Assembly: GCA_965530755.1 (NCBI GenBank)
Contig: CBESNA010000019.1
Location: forward strand, 2,102-66,101
DNA length: 64,000 nucleotides
Source of the DNA: an uncultured Acidimicrobiia bacterium
GTDB taxonomy: Bacteria > Actinomycetota > Acidimicrobiia > Acidimicrobiales > SZUA-35
Direction of reading: 5' to 3'
Both the position numbers and the translations under genes were made by a program. The first letter of the stretch is position 1; each line of letters starts with the position of its first letter. Of the stretch, positions 17,563-26,561 are shown piece after piece. The notes under the pieces are model-generated. The model saw nothing but the letters and a program-made list of their open reading frames with translations, searched no databases and was not told the DNA's origin.

Positions 17563-17678
17563 CGAACAGCTCCATCTCTGACAGTCATGCTCAGGAGTTC
17601 CGAATATCACGCGGCGCTGCGTTCCGGATCACGGACCGAGAGAGTGATCTCGAGGCGGCCGGTGATCGGAGGCAACAG

Positions 17679-19580
17679 TCAGCTTCCGTCGACCATGTCG
17701 ACGAGCCCGAGACCAGCTCGTACTCGCTCGATTCGATAGTGCGCATCGGGCCCGTTCAGGAAGTTCGGGCGAAGTGGTGGTGTGTGGAGAATCTCGCGCC
17801 GTTGGAGCTCCTCGATCACTGCTGTGTGTTCTGGCGCAATCTTGCCGACGAGGAGGGTGTCCAGCCGTCCGCCTTTGTGGACGTAGTCAACGACGCCCTG
17901 AAGCCCACGCAGGTAGACGGCATCCTTCACCAAGCCGCCGCCTCGGTGCACCCGCATGGCCACCCCGAATGCACTTTTGCTCGCCATGCCGATGTCATCG
18001 ACGAGCAGTCGGTAGGTGTCGATGAATTCTGCGCCGTCTGCGACCGACCGCGCAGCGATGACCCGAGCGGCCAACGTCCGAAGTCTCGCCGGGGTGAGAC
18101 CGCCAACGATGTACTCGGCGAACACGGCCAAGCCCTCCTGGAGCTCATCGTGGCGCGCCAACCCGGAAGCGAGCAAGCGGAATGGTTGGGCTCGGCCGTT
18201 CCAGTACGTGACGACGTGTGTCCCGACCTCGTGCTGTATGAGTGCCTCGACGCGGTCCGCAGGTATCGACATGGATTTCCCCACCAGGAGATTGCCTGCC
18301 GAGACCATCAGGGACGTCACGTCGTCGCGCAACTCCACGCGGGGCGTGATCGAGCTGTCGACGGAGCGGTAGGTGGCGATTTCGACTTCGGCTGCTGCGG
18401 CGAAGGCTTCGCCCGAGATGCGCCTCCCCGAAGTGGTTGCCTTCTCCCGGTCCATCGACTCCAGAACCGATCGTGCCAGCTCGATTGACGCGTCGTCGAC
18501 CCTCCCGTAGAGAGCAACGCTCGTCGGGAGGAATCGCGGGGTCAGCCTGGCTCCGATGAGCGAGAGTTTGAGCTCCAACTCCACCCGCTTCTCGCGAAAC
18601 AGTGCTTCGAGAGTCGGGTCCTCGACGCGTTCGATCTTGATGTTGAAGAGCTTCCGCTTCAGTATCGATGGATCGACCGTGTGCGGGCGATATTGGAAGC
18701 GTGGGGCCTTGTTGAACTTCGAGGCTCGAAAGCTCCGAAACGCGGCATCAGAGTTGACTGGCGTCACCGTCAGCAGCAGATCGAACGACTCGGCGACACT
18801 CGCGAGCTCACGATCGATGTCGCGTACAGCGCGAACCACGGCGCGGCGGCCCAGCGCTTGGTAATGCAACGGATGCGACGACGTCTCCTCTCGAGCGAAA
18901 ACGAACGCCGCCTGCGCAAGCGAGCGGGCCACCTGGTGGATCATCGCTCGCTTCACCAGTGGGTAGCTTTCGCCCGTCGTCGAGGATTCCCATGCCGGAT
19001 AGGTCATCAAGCCGACGGCGTGGGTGTTCGTGGCTTTAGCCGCCGCCGGGGACAGAAGGCGCCGGACGTGCGGGGGCGCCAGCGGTACCGATGGACTCAG
19101 CCTCACTTCGGCCTTCTGGCCAAGAATCCTCACGCGAGCGAGTTCCTTGGCCAACGCCGTGACTGCCGGTGTGTCGACGAGTTGTTTCGGTATGGCGATT
19201 TCGAAGTCCGGCGTGATGTCCGCGGAGACCGAACTGGCTTCCTCGACCTCATTCTTCAGCCAGACCTCCACGAGGAGGAAGCCGCCAAACGATTTGGACT
19301 GGAGGGTTGCCACCCGCTCGACAAGATCAAGGACAAACTTCTGTGCAGACGGGGCCGATGGCGCAATGATGTACGCGGCCTGGCTCGCCACGAGTGATTT
19401 CAGGGCGGCGTCGGCGGCCCCGGGCGGAGGTCGATAGACAACCAGAAACGGGAGCAACCGGTCGATGTGCACACGACCGTCTGAGGCCAAGTTTCGTCTG
19501 ACACGCTCACCCTTCTCGACGCGAGCTGCGATCTCGTCGAGCAGCGCTGGGCTGAGCTTGGTCGTTCGTTTTGCTGCCAT
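17679..19580 (-). CDS. DUF1704 'QEGLA-motif' metallopeptidase (MATCAP-like tyrosine/phenylalanine carboxypeptidase family)
   Basis: HEVGTH (an HExxH motif) is followed by DELQEGLAVFAEY. The large size is typical of TIGR02421-type proteins. An ATG lies at 19580; the longest ORF starts at GTG 19628. Confidence 0.8.
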   Translation of the reverse strand: MAAKRTTKLSPALLDEIAARVEKGERVRRNLASDGRVHIDRLLPFLVVYRPPPGAADAALKSLVASQAAYIIAPSAPSAQKFVLDLVERVATLQSKSFGGFLLVEVWLKNEVEEASSVSADITPDFEIAIPKQLVDTPAVTALAKELARVRILGQKAEVRLSPSVPLAPPHVRRLLSPAAAKATNTHAVGLMTYPAWESSTTGESYPLVKRAMIHQVARSLAQAAFVFAREETSSHPLHYQALGRRAVVRAVRDIDRELASVAESFDLLLTVTPVNSDAAFRSFRASKFNKAPRFQYRPHTVDPSILKRKLFNIKIERVEDPTLEALFREKRVELELKLSLIGARLTPRFLPTSVALYGRVDDASIELARSVLESMDREKATTSGRRISGEAFAAAAEVEIATYRSVDSSITPRVELRDDVTSLMVSAGNLLVGKSMSIPADRVEALIQHEVGTHVVTYWNGRAQPFRLLASGLARHDELQEGLAVFAEYIVGGLTPARLRTLAARVIAARSVADGAEFIDTYRLLVDDIGMASKSAFGVAMRVHRGGGLVKDAVYLRGLQGVVDYVHKGGRLDTLLVGKIAPEHTAVIEELQRREILHTPPLRPNFLNGPDAHYRIERVRAGLGLVDMVDGS

Positions 19581-19730
19581 CACACCCGTGCCTTGGCGGT
19601 TCCGAGATGGAACTGCACCGAAGGACACAAGCTAGCCCTCGCGCCGGACGATCAACCGGACAAGGGCGAACGCTCGGGTACGAGATGGTCTACGATTCCG
19701 CTCCTCACCGCCGATCGCCGCGCCAGCGTC

Positions 19731-20804
19731 ATGTCGGATCGGCAACACCAAGGAGCTGCAGTGCGTATAGGTTTCGTCGTGAACGACATCAAGACCGAGG
19801 AGGCCGGTTACACCACGACCCGCCTCGGTGTAGCTGCCACGAACCGGGGACACGAGGCCTGGACGATCAGCGTCGGTGACCTTGCCTACGATCCAGACGA
19901 ATTGATCAAGGCCAAGGCCACCCGGCCGCCGAAGTCACGGTACAAAGACGGCGTTGGGTACCTCCGCGATCTCCACGGCAAGGCGGCCATCAGAGAGCGG
20001 ATCACGGTCGACGAACTCGACGTCCTGTTCCTCCGAAACGTTCCCTCGGACGAGAAGTCCAGCCGCGAATGGGCCAAGACAGCCGCCATCGACTTCGGCC
20101 GAGTCGCGATGCGCCACGGCGTCATCGTTCTCAACGATCCGAACGGTTTGGCCAAGGCCGCGAACAAGATGTACTTCCAGCTGTTTCCCGAAGAGGTCAG
20201 GCCAAGGACCCTCATTTCTCGCGATCGGCAAGAGATTCGGGATTTCGTTCATGAGGAAGGAAGGGCCGTCCTCAAACCGCTGAGTGGATCGGGAGGCGAA
20301 AACGTCTTCCTGGTTCGCGCCGACGATCCGGCCAACCTGAATCAGATGATCGATGCCGTCAATCGGGACGGCTACATCATTGCGCAGGAGTATCTCGAGA
20401 AGGCCGAGGACGGCGACACCCGTCTGTTCTTGATGAACGGCGAACCTCTTCGTCACAAAGGCCGGTATGCAGCTTTCCGGCGCGTGAGGAAGGGCGGCGA
20501 CATGCGTTCGAATCTCCACGCCGGAGGGTCACTGGCCAAGGCAACGCTCACCGAGGAGTCACTCGAGCTGGCCGAGATCGTTCGCCCGAAACTCGTCCAG
20601 GACGGAATGTTCCTGGTTGGTATCGACATCGTTGGCAACAAGCTCATGGAAATCAACGTGTTCAGCCCCGGCGGGCTGGGTTCTGCGCAGAAGCTCGAAG
20701 GAGTGAACTTCAATGACGCAGTGCTCGACAGCCTGGAGCGCAAGGTGAGCTACATGGGCTACTACAAGCGCAACTTCAACAACCCGGAAATGAACACATT
20801 GTGA
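19731..20804 (+). CDS. Glutathione-synthetase-like ATP-grasp ligase
   Basis: GshB-type ATP-grasp motifs are present: LKPLSGSGGENVF, GDTRLFLMNG, RSNLHAGG, GIDIVGNKLMEINVFSPGG. It is divergent from the DUF1704 gene. Confidence 0.8.
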   Translation: MSDRQHQGAAVRIGFVVNDIKTEEAGYTTTRLGVAATNRGHEAWTISVGDLAYDPDELIKAKATRPPKSRYKDGVGYLRDLHGKAAIRERITVDELDVLFLRNVPSDEKSSREWAKTAAIDFGRVAMRHGVIVLNDPNGLAKAANKMYFQLFPEEVRPRTLISRDRQEIRDFVHEEGRAVLKPLSGSGGENVFLVRADDPANLNQMIDAVNRDGYIIAQEYLEKAEDGDTRLFLMNGEPLRHKGRYAAFRRVRKGGDMRSNLHAGGSLAKATLTEESLELAEIVRPKLVQDGMFLVGIDIVGNKLMEINVFSPGGLGSAQKLEGVNFNDAVLDSLERKVSYMGYYKRNFNNPEMNTL

Positions 20805-21583
20805 CCAGCCCCGAGTGGCGTATCACGCGGGGCGACGACCCCGTGGTTGCAACAGCTATCCATGCCGGACACGAGCTGCGACCTGAGGTCGCTGCCCTGA
20901 TGGCACTGTCTGACGCAGACCAGCTCCGGGAAGAGGACCCCTTCACGGACAACTGGGTGGGGATCGCCAAGAACTCCATCGTCGTCGATCGATCTCGTTT
21001 CGAGCTCGATCTCAACCGACCCCGAGACAAAGCGGTGTACCTCGTTCCCGAGGATGCATGGGGCCTCGACGTATGGAGCTCGCCGCCCCCCGAAGAAGTC
21101 AAACTTCGGTCTCTCGAGATCTACGACCGTTTCTACGAGGAGCTCGGAGCCCTCTGCGACGCATTGGTCGAGACCCATGGTCATGTGCTCGTGCTGGATC
21201 TCCATTCCTACAACCACCGGCGGAGCGGACCGGACGGCCCGGTCGACGACCCTGAGCTCAACCCGGAAATCAACTTGGGGACCGAGTCGATCCATGAGGC
21301 GTGGGGTCCGGTCTTGCGCAGCTTCACCGAGACCCTGAGCGAACTACCATTCTACGACGATTCGATAGATGTACGAGCGAACGTGAAGTTCAAGGGCGGA
21401 CAGATGACACGGTGGGTCAACGAGCGCTACGGCGACCGCGGGCTGTCGATCGCAGTCGAGATGAAGAAGATCTACATCGACGAATGGTCCGGCGTGCTCG
21501 ACGAGAGCATCACCGCCACCATCGGCGGACTCTTGGAGGCAGCAGCGCAATCGGCGCGACAGAGCCTCTCGGAAAAGGCCTGA
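20801..21583 (+). CDS. N-formylglutamate amidohydrolase (FGase) family protein
   Basis: The GTG start overlaps the upstream stop (GTGA). An FGase-like pattern is present (AIHAGHELRPE...EDPFTD...LDLHSYN). Confidence 0.75.
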   Translation: MTSPEWRITRGDDPVVATAIHAGHELRPEVAALMALSDADQLREEDPFTDNWVGIAKNSIVVDRSRFELDLNRPRDKAVYLVPEDAWGLDVWSSPPPEEVKLRSLEIYDRFYEELGALCDALVETHGHVLVLDLHSYNHRRSGPDGPVDDPELNPEINLGTESIHEAWGPVLRSFTETLSELPFYDDSIDVRANVKFKGGQMTRWVNERYGDRGLSIAVEMKKIYIDEWSGVLDESITATIGGLLEAAAQSARQSLSEKA

Positions 21584-21798
21584 GGACCTGGCCACCGCGC
21601 CCCGTGTCCTGACGTAGATCGACCTTCCGACGAATCGATACGGCATTGCCAGATTCGGCGCGTCCGTTCGAGCACGAGGTTGAGGACATGGGCTGGATCC
21701 TCGGTGCCAGATGACACTCCGGCGATTGCGGTGCGCCGCATCCGTTCGGCCCCCTCGCACGAAAGACATGTGTCGTTCCAATTATCGGAGGAATCCAC

Positions 21799-22017
21799 AT
21801 GTCCGAAGTACTTCACGCTTTCCGGCCGAAGCTCCCGTTTCTCATTGCCGGGTTCGCTTCCTTCTTGTTCTCCGTCTGGTTGTACTTCGCGCAAGACGAC
21901 GCGATGGCAGGGATCTTCGTTGGACTCTGGGTCCCGTCGATCCACTCGTTGGGCACGCTCGTGCTCGCTCAAACCGACGAGCCTGCTCGCAGCGAAGCAC
22001 AAGGGGTGCGGTCATGA
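21799..22017 (+). CDS. Small membrane protein (72 aa)
   Basis: ATG is preceded by GGAGGA. Two hydrophobic helices are predicted. Confidence 0.5.
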   Translation: MSEVLHAFRPKLPFLIAGFASFLFSVWLYFAQDDAMAGIFVGLWVPSIHSLGTLVLAQTDEPARSEAQGVRS

Positions 22018-22193
22018 GTCAAACTGCGATCCTCATCGTGGGTGTCATCATCTTCGCGATCACGGTGTACGGCACCGTCATGGCCGGCGGACTCGCGCTC
22101 ACTCGGCTCGAGATCGAGCAGAACCCGAACCTCAAGGACGGGGTCGATGAGGACCAGCTCAAGAAGCGCTTTCCGTTCCGACTGAAGTACTAA
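22014..22193 (+). CDS. Small membrane protein (59 aa)
   Basis: The ATG overlaps the upstream stop (ATGA). It has one TM helix (ILIVGVIIFAITVYGTVMAGGLAL) and a charged tail. Confidence 0.45.
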   Translation: MSQTAILIVGVIIFAITVYGTVMAGGLALTRLEIEQNPNLKDGVDEDQLKKRFPFRLKY

Positions 22194-22203
22194 AAGCGCG
22201 GCC

Positions 22204-22752
22204 TCACCATCCGGAGGTGCCGGGCTCACCCTTGAAGGGGCCGACAACCTCGTCGGTAATCCATCCTCCGTAGAAGCCACCGGCTTGGCGTCGCACCTGT
22301 TCGCCATCCACCGTGCAATGGACCCGGCCCGGGTAAAAGGAGATCCACCCCGCAAAATTGGCGAACTCCGGGTACGGGTCTGGGTAGCGCCAGCCCACGG
22401 GTTCGGTGGTTACCGCCATCGCCACGTATTCGGCCGCACCTTTCCACTCGCAGTGCGACGTGCCGGGCACACGCACCAAACGCCCGGGAATGACCGATTC
22501 GGGTGGCAGGTAGAAGGCCGGCGGATGGGAGGTCTCGAGTATTCGCACGGACCGGTCGGTTCGCGCCACGAGGCCGCCGGCGTCGGCCACTGTCACCGTT
22601 CGGCCGTCGGGTACTACCGCCGGGGGCCGTGGGTAGTCCCACACCGACTCCTGTCCGGGGCCCGGCTCTGCGGCGAACGTCGGGCGCTGTTCGCCCCGAT
22701 GCTCCCATCCGTCGCGTGCATGCTGAAGCCATGCTGGTCTGTTTTCGTTCAC
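22204..22752 (-). CDS. DUF427 domain protein
   Basis: 182-aa ORF with a DUF427-like pattern (SVWDYPRPP....TSHPPAFYLP..CEWKGAA.Y). Confidence 0.65.
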   Translation of the reverse strand: MNENRPAWLQHARDGWEHRGEQRPTFAAEPGPGQESVWDYPRPPAVVPDGRTVTVADAGGLVARTDRSVRILETSHPPAFYLPPESVIPGRLVRVPGTSHCEWKGAAEYVAMAVTTEPVGWRYPDPYPEFANFAGWISFYPGRVHCTVDGEQVRRQAGGFYGGWITDEVVGPFKGEPGTSGW

Positions 22753-22810
22753 GTCTGTCCAGACTAGGTGGAGGCCTTGGCTGGAGGGTGAATCGCCTGA
22801 GAGGCAGTGC

Positions 22811-23674
22811 CTACTTGTCTGCGCCGAGGGCGAAGCCGGACATGAACGGCTTCTGCAGGGCGATGAAGACCAGGATCGGCGGAACGGAGATCAGCAAGGC
22901 AGCCAACATCAAGGGCCCGAACGTGAGCCCAGCGTCGACGTTTCGAAGGCCCTGAAGACCGACCTGAACGACTTGATTGTCTTGATCGGAGACAATAAGG
23001 ACGGGCCAGAGATACATGTTCCACACGAAGACGAACTGGATCACCGCGAGCGCTCCGATCACGTTCCACGAGAGTGGAATCAGGATCTTCGTCAGGAACT
23101 GAATGGGGGAGGCTCCGTCGATCTGGGAAGCCTCGGCCAGATCTCTCGGCAGGTTGGCGAAGTGCTGGCGGAAGAGGAACGCCCCGGTTGCCGACGCCGC
23201 GAACGGAACCGTGAGCCCGGCGAGCGTGTCCTTCCATCCCAGGTCGGAGACGAAGCGGAAGAGAGCCAGAATCATGACCTCGGTCGGCATCATCAACGTG
23301 ATGAGCACGAAGAAGAACACGATCCACTTGCCGCGGAACTTGAAGTAGACGAACGCGAGCCCGGCGAGGAGCGACAGGACTGTCTTTGCCACTGTGATCA
23401 CCACGGCCTGAACGAGGGAGTTCCACATCAGACGGCCGATGTTTCGCTCGTTCCACACCAGGTCGAAGTGGTCGCGCAGTCCCGAACCAGGCGTGAGTTG
23501 GAACCGGAAGACCTCAGCATTGGTTTGGGTGGAGATGAGAGCGGCGTACGCAATGGGGAAGAGAATGAGCACCATCGACAGCCACAGGCCGAGGTGAACC
23601 GGCCAGCTCCGGCCCCGGATCAAGCCGGGACGCCCGACGTTCAACGAAAGCTTGTCACCCTCACGCGCTGCCAT
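22811..23674 (-). CDS. Carbohydrate ABC transporter permease (MalG/UgpE type)
   Basis: Six-TM permease with an EAA-like loop (LAEASQIDGASPIQFLTKILIPL). Confidence 0.85.
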   Translation of the reverse strand: MAAREGDKLSLNVGRPGLIRGRSWPVHLGLWLSMVLILFPIAYAALISTQTNAEVFRFQLTPGSGLRDHFDLVWNERNIGRLMWNSLVQAVVITVAKTVLSLLAGLAFVYFKFRGKWIVFFFVLITLMMPTEVMILALFRFVSDLGWKDTLAGLTVPFAASATGAFLFRQHFANLPRDLAEASQIDGASPIQFLTKILIPLSWNVIGALAVIQFVFVWNMYLWPVLIVSDQDNQVVQVGLQGLRNVDAGLTFGPLMLAALLISVPPILVFIALQKPFMSGFALGADK

Positions 23675-25010
23675 AGTTGATGCGTCCTTCCGATTGACGG
23701 AACTGCCATGCTGTCAGTCCGATCACAGCGAGGAAGAGAACGACCGATTGGGCCGCACCCCGACCGAGGTCCCCGTTGTCGACCCCGACTCGAATGATTT
23801 CGTAGATGGCAACCGATGTCGCCCCCGCCGGTGCTCCCTTCGTGAGGAAGTCGATGGTTCCGTAGACGTCAAAGAACGAGTAGGTGATGTTCGTAATGAG
23901 CAGGAAGAAGGCAATCGGGCCGAGGGCAGGAACGATGATGCTGCGGAATCGCTGCCAGGCGTTTGCCCCGTCGATCGCCGCAGCCTCGATCTGATCGCGA
24001 GGCACGGTCTGGAGTCCGGCCAAGAAGAACAAGAGGTTGTAACCGAGCAGCTTCCACACCGAGGCGAGGATGATCGTGGATCGTGCAAGGAACGCGCTCT
24101 GGGTGTAGTTGGGGAAATCGAATCCCCATCTCGTGGCGAGCGCAGCGAAGATCCCGCCCGTTGCGTTGAACATCATGAAGAACAAGATTCCCGCAACGGG
24201 TGGTGAGATCGCGTATGGCCAGATCAGAAGCGTTCGATAGATCGTGATTCCCCGGACGTGGCGATAGCTGAGATAGGCCAGGGCCAACCCGAAGGTCATG
24301 CTCAGGACGACAGTGCCGGTGGAGATGATGATCGTGTTCAGGTAGACCCCGCGGTAGCCGCCGTTCTGGTTCTCGAAGATGAAATAGAGCGAGGTCAAGA
24401 AGAGGACGATGCCGAAGGGCTGCAGCATCCGGGTGAAATCATTGGCCAGGGAGCCCCGTTCTGACCGACGGTTCCAAAGGCCGATGCCCCAGATCGTGCC
24501 GACCGAGATCATCGGGAGCATGACCACGATGACGGGGTTGGCGACGAGAAGCTCGGAGTAGTTGCTGAGGCAACGCTCGGCGACACGAGGGGCACCGAGC
24601 CGGGTCAGCTTCGTGGACAGAGTGAAGGTCTGGTAAGCGGGAAGATAGAGAAAGAAGACGAGGATGATGAGCGTGGGCGACAGCAACAGCCATGGCCACC
24701 ACCACGCGAGCCGGTAGGCGCCGGTGCGAATGTCGCGCGAACTCGACGCGTCGGTTTCGCGCCGGCCGAGGACGGCCTTGGTGCCGCTGCCGAAGATCCA
24801 GGCAAATGCTGCACCGACGCCGATGCCGAGCACAGCCTCAGTTGATTCGGCATCTGAGGCGAACGTGCAGAATCCGAGCGCAGCAAGAATGACGGTGGCT
24901 CCGAGGACACCGAGGGCACTGCCGAGGGCGACCTCTCGTTTGGTCTTGTGACCAAACGAGAGGACACCGACAGCAGCAGCAACTATCAGGCTGAGAACGA
25001 TTCCGATCAC
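23661..25010 (-). CDS. Carbohydrate ABC transporter permease (MalF/UgpA type) with an extra N-terminal TM extension
   Basis: EAA loop present (EAAAIDGANAWQRFRSIIVP). The N-terminal ~110 aa add hydrophobic helices. It overlaps the downstream permease gene. Confidence 0.85.
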   Translation of the reverse strand: MIGIVLSLIVAAAVGVLSFGHKTKREVALGSALGVLGATVILAALGFCTFASDAESTEAVLGIGVGAAFAWIFGSGTKAVLGRRETDASSSRDIRTGAYRLAWWWPWLLLSPTLIILVFFLYLPAYQTFTLSTKLTRLGAPRVAERCLSNYSELLVANPVIVVMLPMISVGTIWGIGLWNRRSERGSLANDFTRMLQPFGIVLFLTSLYFIFENQNGGYRGVYLNTIIISTGTVVLSMTFGLALAYLSYRHVRGITIYRTLLIWPYAISPPVAGILFFMMFNATGGIFAALATRWGFDFPNYTQSAFLARSTIILASVWKLLGYNLLFFLAGLQTVPRDQIEAAAIDGANAWQRFRSIIVPALGPIAFFLLITNITYSFFDVYGTIDFLTKGAPAGATSVAIYEIIRVGVDNGDLGRGAAQSVVLFLAVIGLTAWQFRQSEGRINYGSA

Positions 25011-25018
25011 CGGAGATA

Positions 25019-26404
25019 TCAGCCGGCGAAGAGTTCGTTGTAATCGTCCAGCAGGACCTGGCCCTCGTCCTGAGCCGAGCCCATGCGGGTGGCGACGTCG
25101 ACGTCGTTCACGAGGATGTCCTCGACTGCGGCAGTGATGACGTCACGAACAGCAACGAAGTTTCCGATCAACGCTCCGGTGGAGGCCGGTGTGTTCTTGG
25201 CCGCATCGAGCTGTTCTGAAGCGACAGCCGAGTTCGGGCTTTCCTCAAACCAACCCTCGGTTTCGAGCAGGGCTACGGCGCTGTTGGTGATGGGGATGTA
25301 GCCGGTGAGCTGGTGCCACGCTGCCGCGTTCTCGGGGTTCGAGAAGAAGTTCATGAAGGCGAGTGCACCGTCTTGTTCGTTGGTGTCGAGCCCCGCGGTC
25401 AGCCAAAGGGTGGCCCCGCCAATCAGGTTGCCCTCGTAGGCGACATCCTGGTTGTACGGCATGAACGACGACCGAACATCGAACCCGTTCTCTACGCCAG
25501 CGTCGGTGATAGGCCTGGTGTCAGACGACGAGTAGATCAGCATCGCAACGTTCTGTGCCTGGAAGGCCGCTGAGGTGCCGTCCCAGTCGCGCTGCACGCC
25601 CGTGTACACGTAGTGGCCTGAGTCTTCGAGGTCGCTCCACCACTGCACGTAGTTCACGGCGGCATCGGAGTTCAGGAACAGCTCGGTTGCCCGAGCCGAA
25701 CGCCCGTTGTCGTTGTTGGCAAGGTCGGCGCCGGCTTGGCCGAGCGACTGCTCGAAGAACCAACCGTGGTTCGGCCACGTGATACAGCCTTCCGAGGGGG
25801 CATCGGGCAGAGCCATGATTGCGTCACACGCCGACTCGATGTCCGCCCAAGTCGCTGGAGGCTCGGTCACACCGGCCTCAGCGAGGATGTCCATGTTGGA
25901 GAACATCGTCGTTGACGATGTGTTCCACGGCATCGAATAGAGCTCCCCATCGATGGTGTAGTAGTTCGTTGCTGCGGAGACGACGTCGCCGAGTACGACC
26001 GGCTCGCCGAGAATCTCCGACCGTCCGTCGATTGCTTCGGTCACCGACACGAAGATCGGATTGCCGTCGGAGTCGACGGCGTCGAGAGCTTCCTGTGTGG
26101 CCGCTTCGAAGAAGTGAATGATTTCGGGCGGGTTGCCTTCATCGATTGCGAGCTGTGCCTGTTCGAACACGGTGTTGTAGGAGTCGAACGAACTCACAAC
26201 GACGTTGTACTCAGGATGCTCGGCGTTGAACGCTGCAGCCTTGTCCTCGGTGAATCCCAACCGAGCGTCATCGGTGAACGCGATCCACATCTCGATCGTG
26301 ACGGGGTCATCAGAGCTCGCGCTGTTCTCGTCACCGCCGCCGTCGCTCGAACAAGCTGCGGCCAAGAGAACAAGCACCGCGAACAGACCAAAAATCTTCT
26401 TCAT
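25019..26404 (-). CDS. Sugar ABC transporter substrate-binding lipoprotein
   Basis: The ATG at 26404 gives MKKIFGLFAVLVLLAAACSS, a lipobox LAAC. The rest looks like a family-1 extracellular solute-binding protein. The upstream part of the 650-aa track ORF is rejected. Confidence 0.85.
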   Translation of the reverse strand: MKKIFGLFAVLVLLAAACSSDGGGDENSASSDDPVTIEMWIAFTDDARLGFTEDKAAAFNAEHPEYNVVVSSFDSYNTVFEQAQLAIDEGNPPEIIHFFEAATQEALDAVDSDGNPIFVSVTEAIDGRSEILGEPVVLGDVVSAATNYYTIDGELYSMPWNTSSTTMFSNMDILAEAGVTEPPATWADIESACDAIMALPDAPSEGCITWPNHGWFFEQSLGQAGADLANNDNGRSARATELFLNSDAAVNYVQWWSDLEDSGHYVYTGVQRDWDGTSAAFQAQNVAMLIYSSSDTRPITDAGVENGFDVRSSFMPYNQDVAYEGNLIGGATLWLTAGLDTNEQDGALAFMNFFSNPENAAAWHQLTGYIPITNSAVALLETEGWFEESPNSAVASEQLDAAKNTPASTGALIGNFVAVRDVITAAVEDILVNDVDVATRMGSAQDEGQVLLDDYNELFAG

Positions 26405-26561
26405 GGGAATCCTCTTCCAGTTGATGTCGCAAAGGTACTCGTCGGCGGGCCCGCGCGCCCGTTTGCCCTCGCATCGAGATGAAATCCCCGGAACCGCAAA
26501 CGTGAATGGCGGGCGTCCATAGGATGACGCACGAGAAGATGGACGAAAACGGGAGCACGAG

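Noticed and set aside
14616-17610. Calling this locus a canonical lasso-peptide biosynthetic gene cluster
   Set aside because: No Asn-synthetase-like cyclase ORF is visible anywhere in the window. The predicted core (SIGSGLT) is too short and lacks the Asp/Glu needed for the macrolactam. It is therefore reported as a lasso-derived but different system.
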